NCBI GenBank assembly: GCA_934131695.1
Contig: CAKOZV010000005.1
Location: 372 to 64,371 of the forward strand
Source: an uncultured Bacilli bacterium
GTDB taxonomy: Bacteria; Bacillota_I; Bacilli_A; RF39; UBA660
Direction of reading: 5' to 3'
Length of the DNA stretch: 64,000 bases
The notes under the pieces were generated by a model that had not been told where the DNA came from, ran no database searches, and saw only the letters and a program-made list of their open reading frames with translations. This document shows, one piece after another, positions 48,109-56,707 of this stretch. Made by a program: the position numbers and the translations under genes. Within the stretch, counting starts at the first letter, position 1, and each line of letters begins with the position of its first letter.

Positions 48109-49584
48109 CTATTCTTCATTTTTGGCTATCTTAATAACTATTTGATAATTCTTTTCAAAATTCATTTCTTCACTTTCTACTTTAAATCCAGATTGCTCTA
48201 TTCTTTTAATTGCATCACGCACTGTATTTAAACAATCATTAAAATCAAGTTTTGGTATTTCTTGTCCTTCTTCAATTTTCTTACCCATTATTTTCTCCAC
48301 ATCATCAGAGAAAATTGGATTATGAGCGAACGGATTATTATATGTATCTAGATATGGTATTTCATTCTTCTCTTCTACTTGATTTTCTACTCTATTTGTA
48401 TTCAATAAACTATCAGTAGTTGGTGTATTATCAGTAGGAGTAACACTTGATGATAATAAAGCATCAAGAGCTGATTGATTATTGTTAGAAGGCATAGAAG
48501 CCTGAGAAGTTTGTCCACCGCTTACACTAGAATCATCTGAATCTGGTTGAAAGAATTTAAAATTACTATTCATACTCTGTTCAGGTTGAACATCATTAGT
48601 TGGATTTACTTTTAATAAGCTATCCATATCCATAGATGGTTTTTCTTCCTTAACATTAATATCTTGAGCATTATTTCTAAGCTCATCTAAATTAAGTTCT
48701 GAACTAGCTGTACTCTTTAGTAATGGGTCTTGTATATCAGCTATCTTCTCATCTCCATAATCTATAAATTTAGGAGGAGTACTATAATCAATATCTATAT
48801 CACTATTATTAGGTTTTGGAGTATTCATAGAAGGGTTAGGAGTAGGTGTTACCGGAACAGAATTATTATTTTCTAAGTTTAGATTTGGTAAGTTTGGAAC
48901 ATTAATAGTAGTATTTTCATTAACTGATACTGGTTCTCTATTTAATAATTTTTCTATATCTGCTGTAGCAATTTTCTCCTTAGGTTTAGGATTAATCTCC
49001 TCTTCCAATTCCCTAACTGTCATTTTATTAGCTATTATTTTATTAAGTAATTGTTTTTGTTTTTCTTGGTCATCTACTGCTAATAAAGCTCTAGCATGAC
49101 GTTCTGATATTTTTTCTTTTAGTAAAGCATCTTGAACATCATCAGATAAAGATAATAATCTTAGTTTATTAGCAACAGCACTCTGACTCTTACCCATAGT
49201 TTTAGCTAATTCTTCTTGAGTCATCTGGTCTAACTCTAAGATTTTTTGATAAGTTCTAGCTTCTTCTATTGGATTTAAATTTTTTCTTTGTAAATTTTCA
49301 AGAAGGGCTACTTTACTACTTTCCTTATCATCTAAGTTACGAACAATAGCTGGTATTTTAGTAAGTCCCGCTAAAGCACTTGCTTTATATCTACGTTCTC
49401 CTGCAATAATTTCATATTTATTTCCTATATTACGAACAATTATTGGTTGAATTACCCCATGTTCTTTGATAGAAACAGCCAATTCTTTTAAGGCTTTTTC
49501 ATCAAATACTTGTCTTGGTTGAAATCTATTTGGAATTATATCATCTAAGTATAAATATACAACTTCATTTTCATTATTCTGCAT
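48109..49584 (-). CDS. noc: Noc-like ParB-family nucleoid occlusion protein with a long low-complexity insertion
   Basis: 491 aa. ParB N-domain (IIPNRFQPRQVFDEKALKELAVSIKEHGVIQPI, AGERRYKAS), an HTH (QEELAKTMGKSQSAVAN), about 240 aa of N/S/P/T/D-rich sequence, then a C-terminus SGFKVESEEMNFEKNYQIVIKI similar to the B. subtilis Noc C-terminus. Confidence 0.8.
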   Translation of the reverse strand: MQNNENEVVYLYLDDIIPNRFQPRQVFDEKALKELAVSIKEHGVIQPIIVRNIGNKYEIIAGERRYKASALAGLTKIPAIVRNLDDKESSKVALLENLQRKNLNPIEEARTYQKILELDQMTQEELAKTMGKSQSAVANKLRLLSLSDDVQDALLKEKISERHARALLAVDDQEKQKQLLNKIIANKMTVRELEEEINPKPKEKIATADIEKLLNREPVSVNENTTINVPNLPNLNLENNNSVPVTPTPNPSMNTPKPNNSDIDIDYSTPPKFIDYGDEKIADIQDPLLKSTASSELNLDELRNNAQDINVKEEKPSMDMDSLLKVNPTNDVQPEQSMNSNFKFFQPDSDDSSVSGGQTSQASMPSNNNQSALDALLSSSVTPTDNTPTTDSLLNTNRVENQVEEKNEIPYLDTYNNPFAHNPIFSDDVEKIMGKKIEEGQEIPKLDFNDCLNTVRDAIKRIEQSGFKVESEEMNFEKNYQIVIKIAKNEE

Positions 49585-49626
49585 TACTATCCCTCACTTT
49601 ATTCTTTCTAATCTTCCTATGGTATC

Positions 49627-49635
49627 ATTATAACA
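49627..49635 (-). promoter_or_regulatory. Candidate extended -10 (TGTTATAAT) for noc
   Basis: Pattern match on the - strand about 45 nt upstream of the noc ATG. No good -35. Confidence 0.3.
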
Positions 49636-49659
49636 TTAAAAGAGTAATTAATCTAGCGA

Positions 49660-50304
49660 TTAATTACATTTTATCTTCAAAATAGTTCTAGTACTTCCCT
49701 CTTTTGGTAACTTAAACTCTATTTTTTTATCTAAACTATATTTTTTTCTTTCAATAATTGGTTGAGCCATTACTAATTCTTCATCTACATTACCTTTCAT
49801 TGCAACAAAGTAACCATCTTTCTTTACAAGTGGCATAGTCCAAGACAATAACTTAGACAAATTAGCTACTGCTCTAGCAGTAACAATATCATATTTATTT
49901 CCTTTTCTAGCTAAGTCTTCCGCTCTTATATGAATAGCTTCTATACCCTTTAAATCTAAGACTTTGATTACTTTATTAAGATAATTAACTCTTTTTTGTA
50001 AAGCATCTACTAAAGTTATCTCTAAATTTGGATAAAATATTTTTAAGACTAAGCCAGGGAAACCAGCTCCTGTTCCAACATCACATAGTGTTAAATTATC
50101 AGTTAAATTACAGGCTTTAGTTATAGTTAAACTATCATAGAAATGTTTTAAATAAACATCATCTTTTAAAACAATCCTTGTTAAGTTCATTACTTTATTT
50201 TCTTCTATCATTATTTCATATAATTCTTCAAGTTTTGATAGTTGTTCCTCTGTTGGATTAATTCCCAATAGTTTTACCTGTTCCACAAATTCAGCTTCAG
50301 TCAT
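49660..50304 (-). CDS. rsmG: 16S rRNA (guanine527-N7)-methyltransferase
   Basis: 214 aa. SAM motif CDVGTGAGFPGLVLKI and RAVA. gidA-gidB synteny. Confidence 0.9.
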   Translation of the reverse strand: MTEAEFVEQVKLLGINPTEEQLSKLEELYEIMIEENKVMNLTRIVLKDDVYLKHFYDSLTITKACNLTDNLTLCDVGTGAGFPGLVLKIFYPNLEITLVDALQKRVNYLNKVIKVLDLKGIEAIHIRAEDLARKGNKYDIVTARAVANLSKLLSWTMPLVKKDGYFVAMKGNVDEELVMAQPIIERKKYSLDKKIEFKLPKEGSTRTILKIKCN

Positions 50305-52162
50305 TTTTTCTTTCCCCTTTTTTCAAATAAACCATTATTATAGCAATATCGGCTGGATTAACTCCACTTATTCTACTTGCCTGAGCAAGTGTTTCTGGTT
50401 CTACTGCTTTTAATTTTTCTCTGGCTTCACTAGCAATATTTTTTATATCATCATAAGAGAGATTAGCAGGTATCTTTATTTTTTCTAAGTCTAACAATTT
50501 CTTAGTATCTTTTTCTTGCTTTTTAATATACCCCTCATATTGAATTTGTATCTCTACTTCTTCTTTTTCAGCTTTTGAATAAGGAAATTCTTTAAAATTT
50601 TCTATATCATTAAAGGATAATTCTGGTCTTTTCAATAAATCATATAGAGTTATACCATCTTTTAAAGGAGCTGTTCCTAACTTCTCTAATAATGTATTAG
50701 TCTCTTTAGTAGGTGTTATTTTCTCGCTCTTTAAGTTACTTATTAACTTTTCAATATTATTTTTCTTTTCATTAAATTTCTTATACGTATCCTCACCAAT
50801 TAACCCTATTTGATAACCATAATCTCTTAATCTTAAATCAGCATTATCATTTCTTAATAATAGTCTATACTCTGCCCTTGATGTTAAAAGTCTATAAGGA
50901 TCTTTTACTCCTTTAGTTACTAAATCATCAATTAATACACCTATATATGATTCACTTCTATTAAGAATTAATGGTTCTTTTCCTTCAATTTTTAAACTAG
51001 CATTTATCCCTGCAATTAAGCCTTGACCAGCTGCTTCTTCATAACCACTTGTTCCATTGATTTGACCAGCTGTATAAAGTCCTTCAATTAGTTTTGTTTC
51101 AAGACTACGTTTAATTTGTTTAGAATCAATAGCATCATACTCTATTGCATAGGCATATCTTAAAATCTTAGCATTTTCTAATCCTTTTAGGCTATGAACC
51201 ATTTCTTCTTGAACATACTCAGGCATACTTGTAGAAAATCCCTGTAAATATATATCATCATATGATAAACTTTCTGGCTCTAAAAATAATTGATGACGTT
51301 CTTTATCACTAAATCTTACTACTTTATCTTCTATTGATGGACAATATCTTGGACCTACGCCTTCAACATAACCACCATACATACTAGATTCCTTTAGATG
51401 TTCTTTTATAATTTCATGAGTCTTACTATTGGTATAAACTAAATGACAAGGTATTTGATAGTGATATGCTAAAGCATCAGTATTATCAAAAGAAAAAGTT
51501 AAATTTTCTTTGCTACCTTCTTCTAGCGCTACTTTATCAAAGTCTATACTACTTCTTTCAATTCTTGGCGGAGTACCAGTTTTTAATCTCTTTATAGTAA
51601 AACCTAACTCTTTTAATTTAGTACTTAAAAATTTACTTTCTTTTTCTCCATGAGGTCCTTCAGACTTTTTCTTACTACCTATTAAAATAGAACTTCTTAA
51701 ATAAGTACCAGTAGTTAGTATTACTGCTTTAGCATTAATCTCTGTTCCATCAGCTAAAACAACTCCGCCAATCTTGCCATCTTTAACTATTAAATTTTCA
51801 ACAAAGGCTCCCATTAAATCTAAATTTTCTTGATTCTTTAGAGTCTTTTGCATTTGCTTTTTATATAAAACCTTATCAGCTTGTGCTCTCAAGGCCTGAA
51901 CAGCTTTTCCCTTTTTAGTATTTAATATTTTCATCTGAAGAGAACTTTTATCAGTATTTTTAGCCATCTCTCCACCTAAAGCATCTATTTCTCTTACTAC
52001 TATACCTTTAGCAGGTCCTCCTATAGAAGGATTACATGGCATATCAGCAATATTATCTAAATTTCCACTTATTAATAATGTCTTATGATTTTTTCTAGCA
52101 CAAGCAAGAGCCGCTTCACAACCAGCATGACCTCCTCCTACTACAATTATTTCATAATTCAT
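50297..52162 (-). CDS. mnmG: tRNA uridine 5-carboxymethylaminomethyl modification enzyme MnmG
   Basis: 621 aa. FAD motif VVGGGHAGCEAA, PCNPSIGGPAKG and GQINGTSGYEEAAGQG. Confidence 0.97.
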   Translation of the reverse strand: MNYEIIVVGGGHAGCEAALACARKNHKTLLISGNLDNIADMPCNPSIGGPAKGIVVREIDALGGEMAKNTDKSSLQMKILNTKKGKAVQALRAQADKVLYKKQMQKTLKNQENLDLMGAFVENLIVKDGKIGGVVLADGTEINAKAVILTTGTYLRSSILIGSKKKSEGPHGEKESKFLSTKLKELGFTIKRLKTGTPPRIERSSIDFDKVALEEGSKENLTFSFDNTDALAYHYQIPCHLVYTNSKTHEIIKEHLKESSMYGGYVEGVGPRYCPSIEDKVVRFSDKERHQLFLEPESLSYDDIYLQGFSTSMPEYVQEEMVHSLKGLENAKILRYAYAIEYDAIDSKQIKRSLETKLIEGLYTAGQINGTSGYEEAAGQGLIAGINASLKIEGKEPLILNRSESYIGVLIDDLVTKGVKDPYRLLTSRAEYRLLLRNDNADLRLRDYGYQIGLIGEDTYKKFNEKKNNIEKLISNLKSEKITPTKETNTLLEKLGTAPLKDGITLYDLLKRPELSFNDIENFKEFPYSKAEKEEVEIQIQYEGYIKKQEKDTKKLLDLEKIKIPANLSYDDIKNIASEAREKLKAVEPETLAQASRISGVNPADIAIIMVYLKKGERKND

Positions 52163-52167
52163 CTAAA

Positions 52168-53532
52168 TCACTTCCCTACACAAAAATTTTCAAATAAAGT
52201 ATCAAGTAATTCTTCATCATAAACTTCACCAGTGATAGTACCTAGTTCATTTAATACTTCCTGTAAATCAATTTCTATAAGTTCTAACGGTAAATCACTT
52301 TTTATATTTTCTCTTATTTTTAACAAAGTTTCAAGAGCTTTATTAGCACAAGTTAATTGTCTATTGTTAGCTAAAAATGTATCAGTTTCTTCTAACATAT
52401 CAAGAGAAAACATCTTTGCTATTTCATCCTTTAAAGAATCTATTCCCTCTAAAGAATTAGTATTAGTAGATACAACATGAGAAAAGTCAAAATTAGACTT
52501 ATTTATTTTATTAGCTAAGTCATCTTTATTTAAAACAATTATTGTCTTATCTTTATTAAGTTTAGCAAGTAATTCTTTATCTTCTTTACTTAATTCTTCA
52601 TTTATATTAAATACTGCTAAAACTAAGTCTGCTTCTTCCAATAATTCAAGACTTTTCTCTACTCCTATTTTTTCTACAATATTATCAGTATTTCTAATAC
52701 CAGCAGTATCTATTAATGATAGTTCTACTCCATTTATAAAAACTGTTCCTTCTACTATATCTCTTGTAGTTCCTTCTATATCAGTTACTATGGCCTTTTC
52801 CTGATTAATTAAAGTATTTAAAATACTACTTTTCCCTACATTTGGTCTTCCAACAATAACCGTTTTTATACCACTTTTCACTATTTGATGACTTTTACTT
52901 TCTTCAATAGTTTTTTGTAACTTTGGAATTAATTTTTCTACCTCATTCTCTATATCTTTCTTAGTTACCTCTTCTATATCATAATACTCTGGATAATCAA
53001 TATTTACCTCTATATTAGCTATCAATTTTTTTAGAGGTTCTCTAAATGAATGAATATAGTTCTTTAATTTTCCTTCTAAGGAGTTCATTGCTAATTTTCT
53101 TTGATTATCACTTTTACTTTCAATCAAATCCATTATAGCTTCTGCCTCTGTTAAATCTATTCTTCCATTTAAAAAAGCTCTTTTAGTAAATTCACCTTTC
53201 TCTGCTACTCTTACTCCTATTTCTTGTAGCAAAGAAAAAACTGCTAATGTAGGATTTATTCCCCCATGACAATTAATTTCTACTACATCTTCCCTAGTAA
53301 ATGTTTTAGGAGCTTTCATGACACTTACTAAAACCTCATCTATCTTTTCATTTTCTTTTTTTATATAGCCATAGTTGATTGTATGTGTATCTACTTTCTC
53401 TAAATCTTTACCGCTAAATATTTTATTTACTAAAGGTATAGCATCTTTTCCACTTACTCTAATAATAGAAATTGCCCCTACTCCTAACTTTGTAGCTATT
53501 GCCGCTATCGTATCTTCATTATAATTTATCAT
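52168..53532 (-). CDS. mnmE: tRNA modification GTPase MnmE
   Basis: 454 aa. DTIAAIAT, G1 GRPNVGKSS, G3 DTAG and C-terminal FCVGK. Confidence 0.97.
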   Translation of the reverse strand: MINYNEDTIAAIATKLGVGAISIIRVSGKDAIPLVNKIFSGKDLEKVDTHTINYGYIKKENEKIDEVLVSVMKAPKTFTREDVVEINCHGGINPTLAVFSLLQEIGVRVAEKGEFTKRAFLNGRIDLTEAEAIMDLIESKSDNQRKLAMNSLEGKLKNYIHSFREPLKKLIANIEVNIDYPEYYDIEEVTKKDIENEVEKLIPKLQKTIEESKSHQIVKSGIKTVIVGRPNVGKSSILNTLINQEKAIVTDIEGTTRDIVEGTVFINGVELSLIDTAGIRNTDNIVEKIGVEKSLELLEEADLVLAVFNINEELSKEDKELLAKLNKDKTIIVLNKDDLANKINKSNFDFSHVVSTNTNSLEGIDSLKDEIAKMFSLDMLEETDTFLANNRQLTCANKALETLLKIRENIKSDLPLELIEIDLQEVLNELGTITGEVYDEELLDTLFENFCVGK

Positions 53533-54215
53533 ATTTTATAAACTTTCTCCTTTATATTCTTTTTTATACCCAATGACAATAAGGCATCATCTCCTAAAAA
53601 AGCTTCTTTTTCTCTAGAAGATAAATTAGACCTATCATCAAAAGTTGAACATTCTATACATTCAAATCTTCTAGCTGATTCATTAACTACAAGTCCTGAT
53701 AAATTATAACTCATTTCTAATTTTCTTTGAGTTAAAGTTGGAATTACTTGTTCAAAATCTACTAAAGAATAGTTTCTAGGATTCTCATAAACTGCTACCC
53801 CATATCTATTAGTAACTTTTTTATCACCTTCCATATATTTCATTTGATGTAACTTTTCTTCAGCATTAGCTATATACTTTAAAATAGAATCGTAAGAGAT
53901 AGAATTTATACCATTATCTGTTAATAATTTAAAGGCATTTCTAAGAATTACTGATAATCCATAATGAGTACTGTTTAATCCCTTTTGTTTATTATCGTCA
54001 TATTTGCTAAATAAAGTACCATCTTCTCCCAATTCCAAATCATTTAAAAAGTTACCAAATGATTGTTTTTCTTCCAATAATTTACAACATCTTAGATATT
54101 CAATTACCTTAGGTTCGGCCAATAAAGATTCAATATTATCATGAATTGATTTTAAATCACTTTGATTTTTTACTTTTAGTTCGTCTAAACTTGTTTTATT
54201 AATATTACGTTGCAT
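53529..54215 (-). CDS. Hypothetical protein (228 aa) inserted between jag and mnmE
   Basis: An ORF with no recognisable motif and no TM. Its TGA overlaps the mnmE ATG (ATGA at 53532-53529), indicating co-transcription and translational coupling. Confidence 0.55.
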   Translation of the reverse strand: MQRNINKTSLDELKVKNQSDLKSIHDNIESLLAEPKVIEYLRCCKLLEEKQSFGNFLNDLELGEDGTLFSKYDDNKQKGLNSTHYGLSVILRNAFKLLTDNGINSISYDSILKYIANAEEKLHQMKYMEGDKKVTNRYGVAVYENPRNYSLVDFEQVIPTLTQRKLEMSYNLSGLVVNESARRFECIECSTFDDRSNLSSREKEAFLGDDALLSLGIKKNIKEKVYKI

Positions 54216-54282
54216 TATATCACTTCCCTCAATTTGACTATATTATAGTAAAAACTAAATTTAAAGTAAAGAAAAAGAAGAA

Positions 54283-54891
54283 CTAATCTTCTCTTGGTTT
54301 AATAACTACACATCTATTTGGTTCTTCTCCTACACTCTCTGTGTAAACTTTTTTATTATTTGTTAATACATTATGAACAATTCTTCTCTCATAAGAATTC
54401 ATAGAATCCATTTTTACCTCTATTTTAGTAGTAGCTACTTCTATAGCTAAACGTTTTGCTAAAGCCTCTAAATGATGTTCATTTTTCTCTTTATAATCAG
54501 ATACATCTAGAAAAAATCTATAATTAATTCCTGTTTCTGTATTAACAATTTGTCTAAGTACTATTTGAAGAGCTTCTAGATTTTTTCCACTCTTTCCTAT
54601 AAGTAGAGAATCATTATTAGAATAAATTCTATATGTAGGAATATCTTGTTTAACCTGAATTTCTACTTCTGCTTGATATCCCATTTCTCTTAAAATAGCA
54701 ATTAATTTTTCTTTAATGAAATTCTTAATTTCTCTTTTTTCAATTACTTCTATTTCACATTTCTTAGAAAGTAATGATTTCTTCTCATCTATAACCTTAA
54801 TTATTAGGTTCTCTTCTAACTCTTGTAATTCAATCTTAGCTTTATTAACAGCTTCTTCATAAGTTTTTCCTACAAATTTATGCTTTTCCAT
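54283..54891 (-). CDS. jag: RNA-binding protein Jag/KhpB (Jag_N + KH + R3H)
   Basis: 202 aa. KH-like LIGKSGKNLEALQIVL and R3H region MNSYERRIVHNVL. Lies directly after yidC. Confidence 0.85.
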   Translation of the reverse strand: MEKHKFVGKTYEEAVNKAKIELQELEENLIIKVIDEKKSLLSKKCEIEVIEKREIKNFIKEKLIAILREMGYQAEVEIQVKQDIPTYRIYSNNDSLLIGKSGKNLEALQIVLRQIVNTETGINYRFFLDVSDYKEKNEHHLEALAKRLAIEVATTKIEVKMDSMNSYERRIVHNVLTNNKKVYTESVGEEPNRCVVIKPRED

Positions 54892-54892
54892 A

Positions 54893-55819
54893 CTATTTTT
54901 TTGCTCCTTTAACTGTAAGAGTATTTTGTATAATCATAAATAGATTTTGAGTTACCCAATATATTCCTAAAGCTGAAGGCATAAATAATGCTGTAAAGAT
55001 AATCATAATACTCATCATTATTGGCATCATTTTCATAGATGGATCTTGACTAGCTGCTCCACTCATCTTAAATGTATAAATAGTGGTTGCTCCAATTAAA
55101 ATTATTAATATAAGGTAAACATAGAATGTTGAAGTTCCAAATCCAACTACTGGAGTTGTTCCTAATTGTAAACCAATGAATTTATCTTCAAAAATAGCTG
55201 GCACTCTATTGATTGCTTCAAAGAAAGCTAAGAATAATGGTAATTGAATAAATGAAACTAAACAACTACTTAATGGGTTAAAGTTATATTTTTTATAAAC
55301 CATTAACATCTCTTGATTTTGTTTCATCATTGATGCTTCATCAGTTTTTCCTTCATATTTTTTTCTAATTCTTTCTAATTCAGGGCTAGCTTTTTTCATT
55401 AATTCTGATTGAATAGCCATCTTCCTAGTAAATGGAAATAATATAAATCTCAATATTATAGTTATAATAATGATACTGATAGCAAAACTTCCAACTAACT
55501 TACCTAATTTTAATATTATGAAAGCTAATGGTTTTACGAAAATCGATGTCCATAATCCTTCATAACCTCCTGAAGTAACTTTAAAGTTATCACATTTTGG
55601 TAATTTTTTAACATTAACTTTATTTTTCTCATAAATTTTAACAGTTTTGTCATTCTCAGGTTGACACAAAATGTTTTTTGTTAAAGATTGTCCTGTTTCT
55701 GGATTCTTAACTGCCTGTTTTTTACTATCAACAAGAGTTGTAGTACATCCTGTTAATAAAAATATTGATATAACTAGAATTAATAATTTCCTAGTTTTAG
55801 TATTTTTCTTTTCTTTCAT
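54893..55819 (-). CDS. yidC: Membrane protein insertase YidC/SpoIIIJ (lipoprotein form)
   Basis: Lipobox LLTGC and conserved YidC core (MQSELMKKASPELERIRKKY, LGIYWVTQNLF). Confidence 0.9.
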   Translation of the reverse strand: MKEKKNTKTRKLLILVISIFLLTGCTTTLVDSKKQAVKNPETGQSLTKNILCQPENDKTVKIYEKNKVNVKKLPKCDNFKVTSGGYEGLWTSIFVKPLAFIILKLGKLVGSFAISIIIITIILRFILFPFTRKMAIQSELMKKASPELERIRKKYEGKTDEASMMKQNQEMLMVYKKYNFNPLSSCLVSFIQLPLFLAFFEAINRVPAIFEDKFIGLQLGTTPVVGFGTSTFYVYLILIILIGATTIYTFKMSGAASQDPSMKMMPIMMSIMIIFTALFMPSALGIYWVTQNLFMIIQNTLTVKGAKK

Positions 55820-55844
55820 ATGATATAATTTCCCTTCTCTATTT

Positions 55845-56177
55845 CTATTTACTATTAATGTTTAATAATAGACTGAATAATTCTTCTTTCAATGACTCAT
55901 ATTTTTTATCTAAAGAACCTCTCCTAATTATTATAATACAATCAAAAGCATTTTTATAGTTTTTTTGAAAATCTGATACTATTGCTCTTGTTCTTCTCTT
56001 CATCTTGTTACGAGTAACAGCTTTTCCAAGTTTTTTAGGGGCAGCAATCCCATACTTAGAAAAAGATTCTTTTTTTGTACGATAAAATACAATAAAACTT
56101 TTATTCTTCTTAGATGGACATTTCTTTATTATTTCATCAAATATCTTGCTTTCCTTTATTATATAATCCTTATTCAT
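55845..56177 (-). CDS. rnpA: Ribonuclease P protein component
   Basis: 110 aa. RNR-like basic motif KAVTRNKMKRRTR. rpmH-rnpA synteny. Confidence 0.9.
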   Translation of the reverse strand: MNKDYIIKESKIFDEIIKKCPSKKNKSFIVFYRTKKESFSKYGIAAPKKLGKAVTRNKMKRRTRAIVSDFQKNYKNAFDCIIIIRRGSLDKKYESLKEELFSLLLNINSK

Positions 56178-56201
56178 ATTATAGCCCCTTTCTTAAAGAG
56201 T

Positions 56202-56225
56202 AAAAAACCACTGTGAAAACAGTGG
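56202..56225 (-). terminator. Hairpin/partial terminator between rpmH and rnpA
   Basis: CCACTG-ttttca-CAGTGG stem followed by TTTTTT on the - strand. Confidence 0.5.
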
Positions 56226-56228
56226 AAT

Positions 56229-56357
56229 TTATTTTACTAATTCTTTACGACCTTTTTTTCTTCTGCTATTTAAGATTTTACCTGCTGAAACTTTACGAGC
56301 GAAAAATCCATGCTTCTTAGCTCTTCTACGTTTATTTGGTTGATACGTTCTCTTCAT
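56229..56357 (-). CDS. rpmH: 50S ribosomal protein L34
   Basis: [25 protein letters not shown] 56357 is preceded by GGAGGTGG. The track ORF start (56417) is an artefactual extension. Confidence 0.95.
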   Translation of the reverse strand: MKRTYQPNKRRRAKKHGFFARKVSAGKILNSRRKKGRKELVK

Positions 56358-56490
56358 ACTTCCACCTCCAGACATGAAATCTACATTATTATAATAATAA
56401 TCCAATTTATTTGTCAAGAAAATTTAAGTGACTTGTGAATATTTTCTTATTTTAGTGACTTAAATACTAATAAAAAACAAAAAGGAGTAG

Positions 56491-56665
56491 TTATCCACAG
56501 ATTCCACAGGGTGTGGAAAACTATTATTCACATGTGCAAAACAAATCTGTGGAAACTGTGGAAAACTCATAATATTCAGCAAATATCGACATTTCACTTG
56601 TGGAAAACTCTGTGGAAAACCTGTGGATAATTTTTTTTTGCTTTTTTCTATTTCCTTTTTCCACA
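56491..56665. promoter_or_regulatory. oriC: oriC, upstream (rpmH-dnaA) DnaA-box cluster incl. dnaA promoter region
   Basis: Nine boxes: TTATCCACA 56491, gATTCCACA 56500, TGTGGAAAA 56512, TGTGGAAAC 56548, TGTGGAAAA 56557, 56599 and 56611, TGTGGATAA 56622, TTTTCCACA 56657. Confidence 0.85.
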
Positions 56666-56707
56666 TTTTAGAGTATCATAATGGTGGTTTATGTGAACAG
56701 GGGAGTG

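Noticed and set aside
46352-49584. parS site (TGTTNCACGTGAAACA) within or near parB/noc
   Set aside because: I could not find a convincing match by eye. The only CACGTG in the vicinity of the window (about 40636, in rpsR) lacks the flanks. A computational scan is needed.
56460-56666. 68-aa ORF in the rpmH-dnaA intergenic region
   Set aside because: Its sequence (FPQ.., PVESVDN) is the translation of tandem DnaA boxes. This is the oriC region, not a gene.
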